Source: Diadema antillarum (Eukaryota). Taken from it: a stretch of 64,000 nt of DNA. Shown in pieces: positions 38,793 through 51,946 of this stretch (positions within the stretch are counted from its first letter, which is position 1; the number at the start of each line of letters is the position of its first letter). Position numbers and translations under genes: made by a program. A model generated the notes under the pieces. The model saw only the letters and a list, made by a program, of their open reading frames with translations, had not been told where the DNA came from and searched no databases. The stretch is taken from contig NW_027271696.1 in the NCBI RefSeq assembly GCF_040938485.1, forward strand, positions 1,550,001-1,614,000, read 5' to 3'.

Positions 38793-38916
38793 CTTTTCAC
38801 GTTGGACCAGTTCTGTCAACCTTTCCACCTCTTCAGCTTCCTTTCTTTCCTTCTCAAGCAGCCTCTGTAGATTTTCTTCTTCTATCAATCTGGCCTTTGC
38901 TGCAAGCTTCTCAGTT
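38793..38916 (-). CDS. MRPS26: MRPS26 exon 3
   Basis: TEKLAAKARLIEEENLQRLLEKERKEAEEVERLTELVQREK coiled coil; GTATGG donor; phase 2 to 0. Confidence 0.85.
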
Positions 38917-39531
38917 CTACAATCACAAGGAGGTGGGGGGGGGGGGGGGCAAAATGGCAATATTGAATCAGTATATGATATGAATTGAGGTAAAATGTGC
39001 TACCCTTGAGACATGAAAACTGGTGCCAAGTCATGCATGAACTAGAGGACATTGGAGAACTACCGGTAGCAGTGAGCCAGAAGTTATGCCTTGAAATAAA
39101 AAAACTGCATGCAATGCAGACATCTTTTATGTACGGTATACCATGGAGCATGGTAGCTCAATGGGTATACCATACTAACTTTCACCACATTTAGCCAAAT
39201 ACATGTGCGATTATTCAAAAGTCCATAAAAGCGATGCATACCAACTAATATTGAGTTACATCAAATACTCATACACATTTCCTGTGATATCAATGCTTTA
39301 ATATTGCACACATGCATCACCATCAGTTTCAGAATTTAATTGTAACAGTGAATGGAAACAAAACCTTTCACACAATTGACCAAGGAGACCATTACCCCAT
39401 TTAGGATGGGCTGATTTGCTATATAAAATACGCATATCCCATAGACACCTGCCCGAGTATACTCGGGACTAGTCTTTAAAGGGTTTACAGACAAACACAA
39501 ACAAACAAACAAAACTCTTCACTAAATTTAC

Positions 39532-39678
39532 CTTTTTGCTGCAATCCTTGCATTCTCTTCTTCATTCCAAAGGAGTATATTCCTGAATTCTTCTTCCTCC
39601 TCCCTCTCTACCTGTTCGCTTGACAGCCCTTCAGCTGTTTCTCCCTTCTTCCTATGCAATTCTTCAGCAAACATTCGT
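39532..39678 (-). CDS. MRPS26: MRPS26 exon 2
   Basis: RMFAEE...EEEEEFRNILLWNEEENARIAAKR (mS26 WN..EN.R motif); phase 2 to 2. Confidence 0.87.
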
Positions 39679-41505
39679 CTGACGGAGAAAACCCAAAGGA
39701 AATGTTTGAAAGCAAAGTTTTTGGGGAAAATTTTTGATAGGCAGACAGTTATGAATAACATAAATGATATACAGTAAATGACATCACAAATCAATTGAAT
39801 ATTTCACAGTCAATAATCACAAAGATGTACCCTGTAGATGCACCATGGTTGATAGTCATTGATTCCGGATGTCAGATAATTGCACCCCTTCAGCCAAGCA
39901 CTTATCTGTCACTGTATACGCCATATTTTGCAAGTCTAAATTTTCGCGAATTGGGAATTCCCGATGATTTCGGGAGTGGTTAAATTCGTGATCGTGGAGT
40001 CCTGTACTGAATGGAGAAGACATGTATACACGTACATCACATTCACATCAAGATCAGAATCAATATTTTTGTGTGTCTTTAATTTCGCGAATAGCACCTG
40101 ACTCAAGAAATTCGCAAAAATAAAAACGTTGCGAAATATTCAGCATATTGCATACAGTACTTGTTTAGAAATCATTACCTCACACAGATTTCAGGATTGT
40201 GACATAATACCATACTCAAAATTATCAGTACATTTGTGTGTGTGCGTGTGCGTGTGCGTGTTTGTGTATGTATACAACTACGAGTTATACAAGTACAACT
40301 GCAAACCGCAGCAACCTTGATTACACTGACCATTGTGACATACAAGTGTACACATCATCTATCTGTAACTGATTGATGACACAACAATGTACCTGAATTG
40401 TAGTAATGGCTCAGGAGAAATATGGAGACTGCATTTCATTTTCTAAAGCAGAGCGTTGCTACATCAGTACATGTCAGAACCACAACTACATGTACAGTGG
40501 ACTCCCGTTATAATGAAGTCCTCGGGACCGGCAGTTTTCTTTCGTTATATCGAAATTCCGTTATAACCGAACAAACAAACTATAAAAAAGAAAGAGCTGG
40601 TAATGTTGCGGCCTGAATTTTTACTTTGTTGTGACCAGAATTTCGTTATAAGTGTTTGTTATAACAGGAGTGCACTGTGCAACTACTGGCAGAGATATCT
40701 GAATACAGAAACATTCATTATGATATTACCACTTTACCAGGAATACCAGGCAGGCAAATTTGGTAATGATATCAAAAGATATAATTTATCAATCAATGAT
40801 GACATGAGACTTGGTGCACAATCCAGCGATCCCAAGGAGTAGCTTAGAACTAGAAGCAAAAAAAAAAAAAAAAAAACGCACCAAGGTTCAACCTCCCATG
40901 TCAAAATTCGGCCGTGTGGAAAAGCATAGCCGCCATAGAGGTTTCAAATGACAAGCCTTGGAAGGCGTTTACAGTTGAATAATGGCCGGCTTGCTCTAGC
41001 TCTAGTTCTATTTAATTATTAGATTCTACAGTGAATCTCAAATGTAATGAATAAAATCAATTCAATTTTCAATCTCTAAATTTGTCGACTAAATCTAACT
41101 CATGAACTACTGACTGCTTCTGTGCTTGTGTTACTGTTTTGAGTGTTCAAGCTCGTGTTTTGTCATAACTGCTAGTACACTATCTGAAAAGGAACGAGAA
41201 GTTGAGGTAAAAGTTACTACAGACAGACAACATGGCAACATGAGGAGTAGACAGAAAGATCCGTCTGTCCAGAGGAGTCTTTTATGACATGAGTATGAGG
41301 GGATCCGTGAAGCCAGACGCAGTCTCCGCAGAACATATCCCCGATGACCAGATACAGACCGATCTTTCGGTCAACATGAGGAAATAAACTACACTGTAAC
41401 ATTTCCCTTGATCCATGCATTGTGATTTGTGGTTAACTCTAACCAAGTTACCATAGAACTTTCGTCTTTAGATAATGGGGGGGGGGGGGGGGGGTAATAG
41501 ATTAC

Positions 41506-41744
41506 CGGATAGATCTCAGAGTTGTCTTGTAGTGAGGCAGTTTCTCACTGAAGAAAGCTTGCTCCCATGGATCCCTCGGTGTAGGTTCCCTCACCCTTCC
41601 CTCCTTTGATTTAGCCTTGGGATCTGTCCGCCGTTTTCTCCACCGAATCTGTTGTAGCTGTATCGACGTTCCTGCGTTGACTGGTGCCCACAGACGCTCG
41701 ACAGCTCCGGCATGCCGTAGCGAAGTTTTCACTGAATTTAGCAT
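41506..41744 (-). CDS. MRPS26: Mitochondrial ribosomal protein S26, exon 1
   Basis: Arg/Ser-rich presequence-like start, then RWRKRRTDPKAKSKEGRVREP (mS26 RK..DP.AKSK motif); CG|GTAATC donor. Confidence 0.85.
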
Positions 41745-43745
41745 TCTGTTTGAGAGCAACTATGCTACTGGAAGGAAAAAGAATCAACCAAGTAAGGCAA
41801 TCTACTGCTCTTATGGTGCCAAACCTCCTTGTATGTTGATTGTTAGGCACGATTACGTGAGTAGTTCAGCTGTGGACTACCCGGTGAGCAGCATGCGTTC
41901 CGTCGACAGCGAGTGTGCAACGCGCTACATGGTATGTGAATAAAGTACCAGACAAGTCGACATATAAAATACTGCTTTTTAAGCTGGTCTTTCGGCACCA
42001 TCACCATACCACGTCGCGCTGATATACTTTTAGTATTACACGTAGAAATGTTTCCATGCCAATTCGTTCCTTTTCTAATCAGGCCCGTAACTAGGATTTT
42101 TTTTTTTTTTTGGGGGGGGGGGGGGGGTCATAATTATAAAAGTGGACCACTTCTGGATTTAATCAGCTGACAAGCAAAAAAAAAAAAGAAAAAGAAAAAG
42201 AAAAAGGCATCACCGCAACTGGGGTGCCACTACAAGCCCCCTTTCATTTTTTTTTTTTTCAAGCGGGGTTCCACGACTCATTTTTTTTTCTTTTATCTTT
42301 TTTTGGTTACTGGCAAACAGGGGGGAAGGGGGTCTGCAGAAGAATCCCCTGAACCTGAACCCCCCCCCCCCCTCAGTTACGGGCCTGTTAGTTACTATTT
42401 CCATTATGACTTTCAGTTTTGTTTGTGAAGAAATGCTACCGCAAGTCACAAACCTATATGATTCAATATGATTCAATATATATTAAATTGTCACAAGGTG
42501 CAGTTCTTAATAGGTTTAAAGTGAACTGATGCGTTCTACGCGGTTCTAAAGGACTGAACAAGTCACGTCTACTGAGTGGCATACAATATGGGCTTGAACG
42601 CAAAGTTATTTGACTTGTTTAGAGACATGAACTCAGTTATCCCCGGCCCCTTTTAAAGAGACAAATCAAGTGCTGTTTTGTTATGGTGAAAAAGTGAATA
42701 TAGTTATTTTGAGTTTTCTTTATTTTGTTCTTTGTATTGACATTAAAAAATATAGACTTATCCTGCAATGCTGCATGCCCAAAAACTTAAATTTGTAAAA
42801 TTTGAATGGATTGTGCAATTTTCCTCAACATTGTCATCGATGTGTTCAATTTACATTGCTGCATCCACTCAATCCACATTATATTTGGGTGAACTTGTCC
42901 TTTAAATAACAATGATTAAAATCAAGATGGGTATATAATGAACATCTCTTCTTGAGTCTTGAGCATTAACATTTATCAATAACTATTTATATTACAATAA
43001 TTATCTTGTATATAGGTGACTTGATTTTCAAACTTACTGCCATTATTATGCAATAATTTCATAATTCCATTAAACCAGGACATCATCAAAAGGATAAATG
43101 CAACAATGATGGTGTTTTAAAAGAATGAAAGAAGACATCTGCATGCCTGTATCCGTATCTTATATGGGGACAGGGTGACACGCTATTCTGTGGCGCATGC
43201 AAACAATCTCTTTGGGCGAATGTTAGGGCGACTCTAATGAATACGGTGTCGCGTTGTCATAGGGCGAACCATGGGTTCGTCGAGCGGTCTCGATCTCTTT
43301 GCCTGCACGTTGTGCAGTACACGTAGTTACGTAATATCTGTGAGTTTCCGAATTGCAGGTGCTAGGTGATTCGAACCTCGAACCGTGGAATGATTAACGT
43401 TACTATATTGTACTACAATAGTTAGTCCCCTCATCACCTTCCTCCATATCGTCCGTCTAATGGTTTAGATGTGCATTTTGGAATTCAACTCTTTAGCCGT
43501 GAATCTTTGCGTTTTCTTTCGTTTTCCCTTCCTGAAAACAGGGAAAAGTGTGCACGTGAATCCAGCTCCAGCGTTCTCAGAAGCCGGTGCGCCCCCGGGT
43601 CAGGCCCGTGCACGGTGCACAGCTCACAGCTAGCAGCTGTACGTCGCTCGGCCAGCTCGGGACGCAAACAAGTCGTGCTCGGGGAGCTCGGGCAGGCAAA
43701 CCTTTGTTTATCCCACCTCCCTGACCACTTGCTGACCTTGGTATG
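41745..43745. promoter_or_regulatory. Divergent promoter region of MRPS26 and RCCD1
   Basis: CpG-rich patches near 41860-42020 and 43140-43740; candidate non-coding first-exon donor TTG|GTATGG at 43741. Confidence 0.45.
42080..42387. mobile_element. MITE with CAGGCCCGTAACT termini
   Basis: 13-bp perfect TIR; no clear target duplication. Confidence 0.6.
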
Positions 43746-44136
43746 GTAGTATCTACGGCTACGCCTACACGAATATCTCCTATCCTAAGTCCTGTGTCGA
43801 CTTCCACTTGCTAGTTTGGAGTGTACATGCAGGATGTTGTTCTCCTCGGCTCGACACGAGCTTTTGCATACTTCTTCATGACCTCGACCTGAAGATCTAT
43901 CTTCTAGTACTAGTTCTACTGCACTGGGAAGTAACTTCAAGCTGCTGAACATCAAGCAAGGTGTTGATGACTAAATAGTTGCTGCTCGGACCCTGTGTTC
44001 AGGAAAAACAGTTCTTTACATATTCTGTCTCAATTTCAATCCACACCCGAGAAGCTGTGTACCATTGGCATACTGACATGTGTCTGCTATAAATTTCGAA
44101 GTGTGTAATTTGCTGAGAATGCTACTGCTAGCAACC

Positions 44137-44497
44137 ATGAATGTAATTTTCGGATTTGGATATAATAGGTTTGGTCAATTATTACAGGCAGATTCCTCGA
44201 ATAAGCAAAATATAATTACACACCCACAGAAGCTAAACTTCTCAGAAGTAAAACGTAAAGAATGCAATGTCTTGCAAAGCGATGAAGAAGTTACCACCAC
44301 CCCATCCACCCTTCATCAGCCTTCCACTGATGGTGATTGTGGCCTAGGTGGTGGATGCGCTGCTGAATCTGGTGCAAGGAAATTACAGCTAAATGAATGT
44401 GAGGAGGGACGTGCAACCAGAACATTAAACAGTGATCCTTCATTACATGACGTCATTGCTAGTTTGAAATGGAATGCAGTTGCCCTTGGTTTAAATG
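44137..44497 (+). CDS. RCCD1: RCC1 domain-containing protein 1, coding exon 1
   Basis: GCAACCATG start, IFGFGYNRFGQL motif, G|GTAAGC donor. Confidence 0.75.
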
Positions 44498-45184
44498 GTA
44501 AGCAAGCCAAACATCTTCCAAATAAAAGAAATCTGTGAATTACCCCCAGCTCAAGGCAGTAAGTTACTCCAGCATCCCTAGTCAAGAATAGCTTATAAAC
44601 ACTTTGAAATGATACAAACAAAATGTAAATTGTTTTTTGTTGTTTGGGATTTATTTGGCATTTATCATTTTGAAAAAAAAAGATATATGATTATGCCAAC
44701 TCTTTATTAAAGAATTAATTTTGATTCCACATGTTTTTTTCCTACAATATATGTTAATCATAAAAATTAATCAATAGACTTGAAAATATGCAGATACATG
44801 TACATCATACATGAACCTCAGATAACCCAGTTGACTGAGTACAGAGTAGTAACTAGCAGTATAAACTGGCCGGCCCGACTCTAACTTTAGCAGTGGTAGT
44901 GACAAGGTTTCTAAATAGTTTGCCTCTGTTAAGAGGTATACATGAACCTGTTTTCTTTTAACTTACCTGGTAATATGTATTGAGAGAATTTCACGGACCA
45001 CTATCTTTTAAGAAGTTATACGTAATGGTAATTTTGAGCTGCACAAAATTACGAGGGAACAGATACTAATGTTTTTATTTGCAACAGTAAATTTACTGAA
45101 TACTATGTATTGTATAGATGCAATGTTGGTAAAACATGAGTTACTTTAAGCATGAATACCCTATTATTGTTTTCTCTTCTTCAG

Positions 45185-45598
45185 GGGGCTTAGTGCTGGG
45201 GTGCTTGTTCGGACAAAAGGATTCTCTACTTGAACTTTCTTCCTGGAAAGATGTTTCTCCGTCCAGATATTTGTGTCTTTGTGAGGACCGCCTGTTTTGC
45301 ATCAATCGGCACGATGACTGCTATGTCCTGGAACTATCTGATGCCACGGGAGCAAGACCAAAGAAGGTTTCAGTCTATAATGAAGTCAGAACAGCAGGAC
45401 GGGATAGTTTACACTCACAGTCCCACAGGATTGCTGATGAGGAGGGTATAGCGGCAGTTGGGCAGGTGGCCCTAGGTGTAGGTTCTTCCACCCCACCTGC
45501 AGTACCTTGCTCTGAACACGATCTTTCTCAGACCAGTGATAAGAAGACAGGATTCAGGCATTTGGCCTGTGGTGACTCACTGGTTTTATGTGCTCTTG
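45185..45598 (+). CDS. RCCD1: RCCD1 exon 2
   Basis: TTCTTCAG acceptor, 414-nt open frame, G|GTAGGT donor, phase 1 to 1; weakly conserved sequence. Confidence 0.65.
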
Positions 45599-45622
45599 GT
45601 AGGTGTTTGCTTTGTTTAGATA

Positions 45623-45807
45623 CAGTCAAACCTGTCTATAGTGACCACCCAAGGGAGACGAAAAGAGTGGCCATTGCAGCAGGTGGCCACTATAGACAGG
45701 GTCTTTAATGTGACTTTTCTATTGGGGGAATTAAGTTTAGTGGTTGTATATGGCAGGTGGCCACTATAGACAGGTGGTCCCTATGGCACTATTGGCAGGT
45801 TTGACTG
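45623..45807. mobile_element. Tc1/mariner-type MITE (CAGTCAAACCTG)
   Basis: TA|CAGTCAAACCTG...CAGGTTTGACTG|TA; accounts for the tail of ORF 45136-45708. Confidence 0.8.
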
Positions 45808-46438
45808 TACATAGTGTACATATTATGAAAAAAGTGGTTTAGTACAAACAAAAAAATGAATAAAAATACAGCTTGGAATATCTGAAACCTTTTGACTGTT
45901 TATATACCATTGGTATGTTAGTACTTCAAATTACAGAGTAGCGTATTTTGTATTTCCCACAAAGAGGAAATCATGTCGAAGGCTTTAATTGCAGGTAGGT
46001 GTCAACTGGACATCATTATTGATGTAAATTACTAGAGATGCTGACAATGATGCTTGTAATTATCGGAATAAAGAGGATGTTGGTAAATAGCGATGAATTC
46101 AAGTTCATTATTCTAGACAGTACCGTTGTTATTTCTTATGAAGTCTTAGTCTCAGGTATATTGGTGTCATGATGCATTGTAATGCCTGTTAAATATTCAT
46201 ATTCTGTGTTGTATGTCTCTCTTTCTCTCTCTTTCTTTCTTCTTCTTCTTTTTTTTTGTCTTTTTTTTTGGGGGGGGGGGAATAACTTTGCCCTGTATAT
46301 CATTCTCTTTGATATGCAATTTTTGATGCCATCATCAAATATTTTAAGACTTTGAGTTTCAAGATTTTGTTTGCCCATAAGATGGAAGGAATCTGTCAAT
46401 CATCAGTGTGCCTTCTTTTTTTCTCTCTCCTTCTGTAG

Positions 46439-46598
46439 ATCCAGATCGTCAGGCAGGCCAGATAGTGAGATCAGAGGAAGATGAGTTTGTCGTCCATCGC
46501 TTCTCGCATCCCCTTTCAGTTAGAGCGATTTCCTGTGGCAAGGAGCATGGTCTGCTCCTGGTCGATCAGGGCTTGGTCTACTCCCTCGGCTTGGGTAG
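46439..46598 (+). CDS. RCCD1: RCCD1 exon 3
   Basis: VRAISCGKEHGLLLVDQGLVYSLGLG, an RCC1 repeat. Confidence 0.9.
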
Positions 46599-47158
46599 GT
46601 AGGTCAGGTAGTCACTCGGTCAATCATCACCCAGTCAGTTCAAGTCTGCCACGTTCTTTATTGACTATTGCCACATATTATGATCATGCTATTTATATAG
46701 GCCTACTTTTGTTGGTATGTATGATAGATTTATGATTGTCAAATTATAGGGCCTACTTATTCAACTGTTGTACACAGCACAATGTGAAATGCTGCCCTCT
46801 GGTGTTGAGTTCCAATAAGGTTATCAAGATATACATGTGACCAGTTTTAGTGCCAGTATAAGTAAACAATGATGTTTGTTGTGATGATCTACCTGCCTGA
46901 ATACACCATATCTGCCACAACAAGAAATTACTTCTGCCTGGGATATACACGTATTGTTCTTTATTAAACAAATTTGAGTGTGCAAGAGTTCCATCTCAAG
47001 TAGGAAGTATAGATAGTTGGGTTGGTGTCTTTACTCTCAAAAGTGATATCCGTTGTCCAGTACAGAGTACTCATTGTGGACAGACTTTTTTCTGTGGTAG
47101 TGAGGCATACTAGAGTCCTTGGTAATATCATTTGTATTATGTCTTTGGTCAATTTCAG

Positions 47159-47280
47159 CCGGGGTCAGTTAGGGCATGGTGACACGGACAGTGAGAGAGA
47201 ACCCAGACTCATTGAGGCCCTAGGCTGTGTGGGTGTGACATCGGTCAGTGCGGGAGGATGGCATTCAGCCTGCATCAGTG
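47159..47280 (+). CDS. RCCD1: RCCD1 exon 4
   Basis: SRGQLGHGDTDSEREPRLIEALGCVGVTSVSAGGWHSACIS. Confidence 0.92.
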
Positions 47281-47723
47281 GTAAGTTCACCAGGCAAGAA
47301 CAGATGACAAGAGATGCTTGTAAGGAGGGGCAGGGCAGTGTAACTAGTGCTATACAGCTATCATCAGCAGCATGTCTGTTTTGAATGGAACTGCCTCAGG
47401 GTTATACGTTTCCTTCTATTTTCTCAGACTCCATAAAGCGCTTTATTGGTGGTGATATACCATGTGGCATTTTCTATTGATGATGATATAACAACCTTCT
47501 TCTGTAGTCCTTGCAGTCCCTGTGTATCAAATTTATGCTTGTCTGTTTTTGCTCATTTTTTAGCTGGATGCTGATATAAATAAATGACAAATGTGTATAT
47601 CAGGCTTTTCTCTCCGTCACAATGTCATTTTCCTTATTGCAATTATCTACTTTGTAAAGAGTATAGGTGTAGTTGAATTTGATACCCAGTACATCAGTGC
47701 ATCATCATGTAAATATGAGCAAT

Positions 47724-48380
47724 TTGTTGTCCCCGCCGAACGAGTTCGAGCAGGGGACTATGAAACGGGCTCCGTACGTGTGTGTGTCTGTGCGTCCGTG
47801 CGTCCGTCCGTCCGTCCGTCCGTGCGTCCGTCCGTGTGTGCGTCCGTGTGTGATCAAAATGTTCAATTTGCTACTTCTCTGTCATTTATGAGCCAATTTT
47901 GATTCTGTTTGCTTTATATGATAGCACTACATGGGAGCTTTAAAACTTCTACACAGAATTTCAGTTGTGACCTTCGACCTTGACCTTTGACCTATATTGT
48001 ACATTTTGCTACAAAATGCTACTCCTTCGCCATTTCTAACCCGATTTCGATTCTGTTTGCTTTATGTGATAGCACTAGGTCAGGGCTTCAAAACTTCTAC
48101 ACAGAATTTTGACCTTTGTCTTCTTTGACCTTTGACCTTGATTTTTGACCTATATTGTGCATTTTGCTACAAAATGCTACTCCTTCGCCATTTCTAACCC
48201 AATTTCGATTCCATTTGCTTTATGTGATGGCACTAGGTGAGGGCTTCAAAACTTCTACACAGAATTTTGACCTTTGACTTCTTTGACCTTTGACCTTGAT
48301 TTTTTACCTATATTGCACATTTTGTTACAAAATGCTACTTCCGGCGGGGACATATATTACGCACCACGTAATTTCTACTT
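47724..48380 (+). mobile_element. Helentron-type HINE, family 3
   Basis: TGTCCCCGCCG head, (CGTC)n tract, about three internal 140-150-bp repeats, subterminal CGGCGGGGACA, hairpin ATTACGCACCACGTAAT, T-rich end. Confidence 0.82.
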
Positions 48381-48627
48381 TTCCTTGTTTGGTTTTATTG
48401 TTGTTGTGAGAACTCTCTACAAGGTAACAACATTGCATTAAGATACTAAACTCATTATTCTAAGCTTCAAATATGTGTGTTTATATGTGTATGATAAGGA
48501 CACATTGCCTGTGCATAAACAAGTGAGATAACATATGTAGTGTATAAGTGTATCAAAGCACAACAGATCTAATGTCAGTTGGAAAGCAAAGTGACCAACA
48601 AGGCAGAATTCTTGTTTGTGTATTCAG

Positions 48628-48846
48628 ACATAGGTGACCTGTACATCTGGGGTTGGAATGAGGCTGGTCAGCTTGGGCTATCCCTCAAAGCCGGAGTGGA
48701 GGAAGAGCCTGGGGCTTCTTCTCCTCGTTCTGACCATTCTCCATCAAGAGTGACCTTTCAGATGGTTCCAGCCATTCTAGATTTCCCTGGAGGGGTTAAC
48801 GTGTCAAAGGTCAGCTGCGGGTCGAGGCACACAGCTGCAGTGACTT
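48628..48846 (+). CDS. RCCD1: RCCD1 exon 5
   Basis: GDLYIWGWNEAGQLGL...VSKVSCGSRHTAAVT. Confidence 0.92.
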
Positions 48847-49362
48847 GTGAGTATCAAGAATAATGCTCTTGTATTCCTTGTCTTAAATGATAGATGCGCT
48901 GCAGATTGTTAAATGCTAAGAATCTCGCTTTTATTAACAAGACTTACACAATTAGGAATGTATTGTTGATACTATCCTAAGAGGAAAAAGGTATTCATTT
49001 CTGCTTTTGATTTTGTTTTCTGTCTGGAGATTTTGAGAAAGATACCAATGGCACACCTATTCTGTCTTCATTGCTGTCACTGTCTGTATAACGCTCCCTA
49101 ATATAAAATACATGTATGTGCCTTGTGACATAAAGGTGATGCAGATTAAGGGGAGAGCCAGTTGATCAGTGGGGCAACCTCTAACCTTAGATTTAATTGT
49201 AGCCATCTCTAGGGATGAAGGAATGACATTCAGATTTAAAAAGAAAGAATAATGTGTCTTTCACCTTCGCCTGTTTCCTCTTGAGCAGTTTTGCCTCTAG
49301 CTATTTTGACTTTGACTAAGGCACCTATATTCTATGTGTGCTGACCATTTTTCTTGTTGCAG

Positions 49363-49553
49363 ATGATAAGAGGCTCTACACGTGGGGTTGGGGCAAGTAT
49401 GGACAGCTGGGTCACGGCGATGTGGACTCACAGGATCAGCCGAAGCATGTGGAATTCTTCCACCTTGAGAGGCTGTGGGTCACAGACGTCATGTGCGGAG
49501 ATTGGACCACTGTCGCTCAGACGTGCCCCGCGCCATCACCCATGCCGCCATGA
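49363..49553 (+). CDS. RCCD1: RCCD1 exon 6 (terminal)
   Basis: RLYTWGWGKYGQLGHGD...VTDVMCGDWTT to TGA; this C-terminal pattern is characteristic of RCCD1. Confidence 0.92.
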
Positions 49554-50254
49554 TGTCTCCGACGGAACGCCGAGATTGATGCATCACGCAGCTGATACTG
49601 ACCTGTGGCATGCTATATTTGTCTGAAGTTGGGAAGTTATGGTAGAAAATACTATTCAGTAACCGATACCAACTATCATAAGCGGATGCAGCTCGTCATG
49701 CAACCACCTTTCATGCCCCGCATGTTATTCAATGCTGAACTTACCCTTGTGGAGTAATGCTTTTGGCAACCTTACTTTACATTTAATTTGAAAGCAGTGA
49801 AGTTCAAAGGAAACAGTTTTACATGTACATGTATATGTGAATTTCCTCTCACAGCCTTATGAATAAGTTTGACTGACAGGACAAGTCTAATCAGTGTTGA
49901 GTGACAGTGCACAGTAGCAATTAAACAACAATAACCACCTGGTATCTCTTGTAGCTATGAAGGCTGGGAAAGGAAAGAATGCTCAAACACAATATTCTTT
50001 AGGTTTCTGTCTCAAGAAGTGTTTTATTACATGACTTTGTTTCAGGAAACTAAAGTTGAACCAAAGATCAATAAAACTTCTGATCATAAAACCAAAGCTA
50101 ATGCTCATGTGAACATTCTAGCAACATTAAGACATATTGATGTTAACTCAAGTGCGAAAACAAATGCAAACACTAACCTGAACACAATAACAAAGTGCAA
50201 AGCTAAGTAACACAATGCAGCTAGCAATGCAAATGACTTTAGGCTGACACTCTT

Positions 50255-50460
50255 GTTCAAAAAAGCCAGTGATACTCACAATTCTGAGACTAGACCTGCT
50301 GTTTCGGAGGGGCTGTTGGTACCAAGAGCCAAAACAAAGGCTGGAAAACAAGCCTTCTCACACATCGGAGCTGTTGAATAGAACAGCTTACCAAAGAATA
50401 TCAGACATGCTTCATCCAAACAGTCTTCTTCAGCACAGTTCTGGAGAGCACTTAATTTTG
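50255..50460 (+). pseudogene. 3' fragment of a CR1/L2-type LINE ORF2
   Basis: FKKASDTHNSETR...LLVPRAKTKAGKQAFSHIGAVE*NSLPKNIR matches the H..NTR...KT..GK..FS..GA..WNSLP tail. Confidence 0.7.
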
Positions 50461-51483
50461 CTCAAGAATATTAGTATACAAATGATGCACAGGATAGAGT
50501 GCGTTAGTGGCCGAGTGCATGTTGCACTACATTGTAAATACCCGAGAGTGAGCTACGCCTCCACTAACGCCACGAAATAATCCTGTGCATCATTTGTTTT
50601 ATAAAATGGGTCGAAAATTCGAAAACTAACAGCATTTTTCAGCGTTTTTCACGTACCTTCGTGGGTCAAGACGTCCGAAGATGTTCGTCCCAAACATTTA
50701 CGCACGTCGCACTCGTAAATCCCGCACATACAGTATAAGTATGATGGGGGGTTGGGTTTCCGGACACTTCAGTTCCCGCATGAAAACTTACTTATTTTAC
50801 ATAGAATATGCACCCTTTACCTTAAAGACTTGATATAGACTCCTCATATAGGCCTACTAGACAACATACTCTGAAAATGGCGTGAGAATTAACCTGCTAA
50901 ATCGTTGGATTTGCCCTTCAAAGTGACTCCATGTACGCGTCCGGTCCCACAACGCTTGGTCTACTGTACACTGTACGTGTGATACGTACGTAAGCCACAC
51001 ATCGTTTATGTACAAGGGAAGAAAGGCCGGCTGGCCGGCAGCAGTCCAAACCAACTACAAGTTGTTTACAGGATTGACCGCGTATGCATGCAATTCAAAG
51101 GAGCCGCCGCGCACAGATGATCGGCAATACGATTTAACACGCAGTGCAATGGGACTGAGTAACCAAAGCACACGTCACTCATTTCAGCACTTCCTATTGG
51201 CTACATTCTTGAACCCATTTTATAATATGATTTATATTTTAGAGGCTGCACTTTGTGAGATAATGTTATCTCATTACACCTTTTGCAGTGAGGCAGATAG
51301 TTTACTGACTACATTTTTCTGCTTCTTGATATCACCTTCCATTTGTTTGGTTTTCTGCCTCAAGGCATTTGATTTTGCCAGAAGTGTGAAGTTGTTTTTC
51401 TTTTCAACTTCTTGTCAACATCTGTGGTTAGTGATACAAGAGTCTGCTCCAGCTTGTTGAGCTTCTTCCTTTCTTCATTAAGT

Positions 51484-51714
51484 TCAGTTTCTTCTGCAGC
51501 CCTCTTTTGCAGCTTGATCTGCTTCTGCAGCCATTTCCTTTTGTTGAGACAGGTGGGTCATGTACCTTGAATAGGCATGATTGCATGACCTCAGCAGCCC
51601 TGATGTAATCTGAAAGTCAGCAACAGAAAGTTCTGAAAGAGCGATAGTGTCATGGTCCATTCTTTGTGCCACCAATTTATTGAGTCTTGAGATTGCAGTA
51701 TGGCTTCTATGCAC
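51484..51714 (-). pseudogene. Possible C-terminal remnant of a DNA transposase-like protein
   Basis: LVAQRMDHD...ITSGLLRSCNHAYSRYMTHLSQQK resembles tails of hAT-like transposases; catalytic residues not seen. Confidence 0.3.
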
Positions 51715-51946
51715 TTGACAGCTCTTTCAAATGTAAAATGCCTGAGTGCACAAACACATATAATTTACTTTAATTTCATTCATTTATTTCACCACGGATA
51801 AAAATGCCCAATCAGCAAAAGCTGTTTTCAATGGGGCCATGAATCAGTGTACATGAATCATGTTAACATGATAAGAAATGATTTATGTAAAAACAAACAC
51901 AAACATCAAAATTTGTTGCACTACATCAACAGAGTGAAAAGTTAAG

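Noticed and set aside
41477-41494. G18 run next to the MRPS26 first donor as a regulatory G-quadruplex
   Set aside because: Similar poly-G/poly-C runs occur elsewhere in the window (38935-38948, 42113-42127, 42361-42372); nothing specific supports function
50255-50460. LINE tail as the inverted missing end of the LINE at 54337-64000
   Set aside because: Opposite strand, no breakpoint evidence; a separate 5'-truncated copy is simpler
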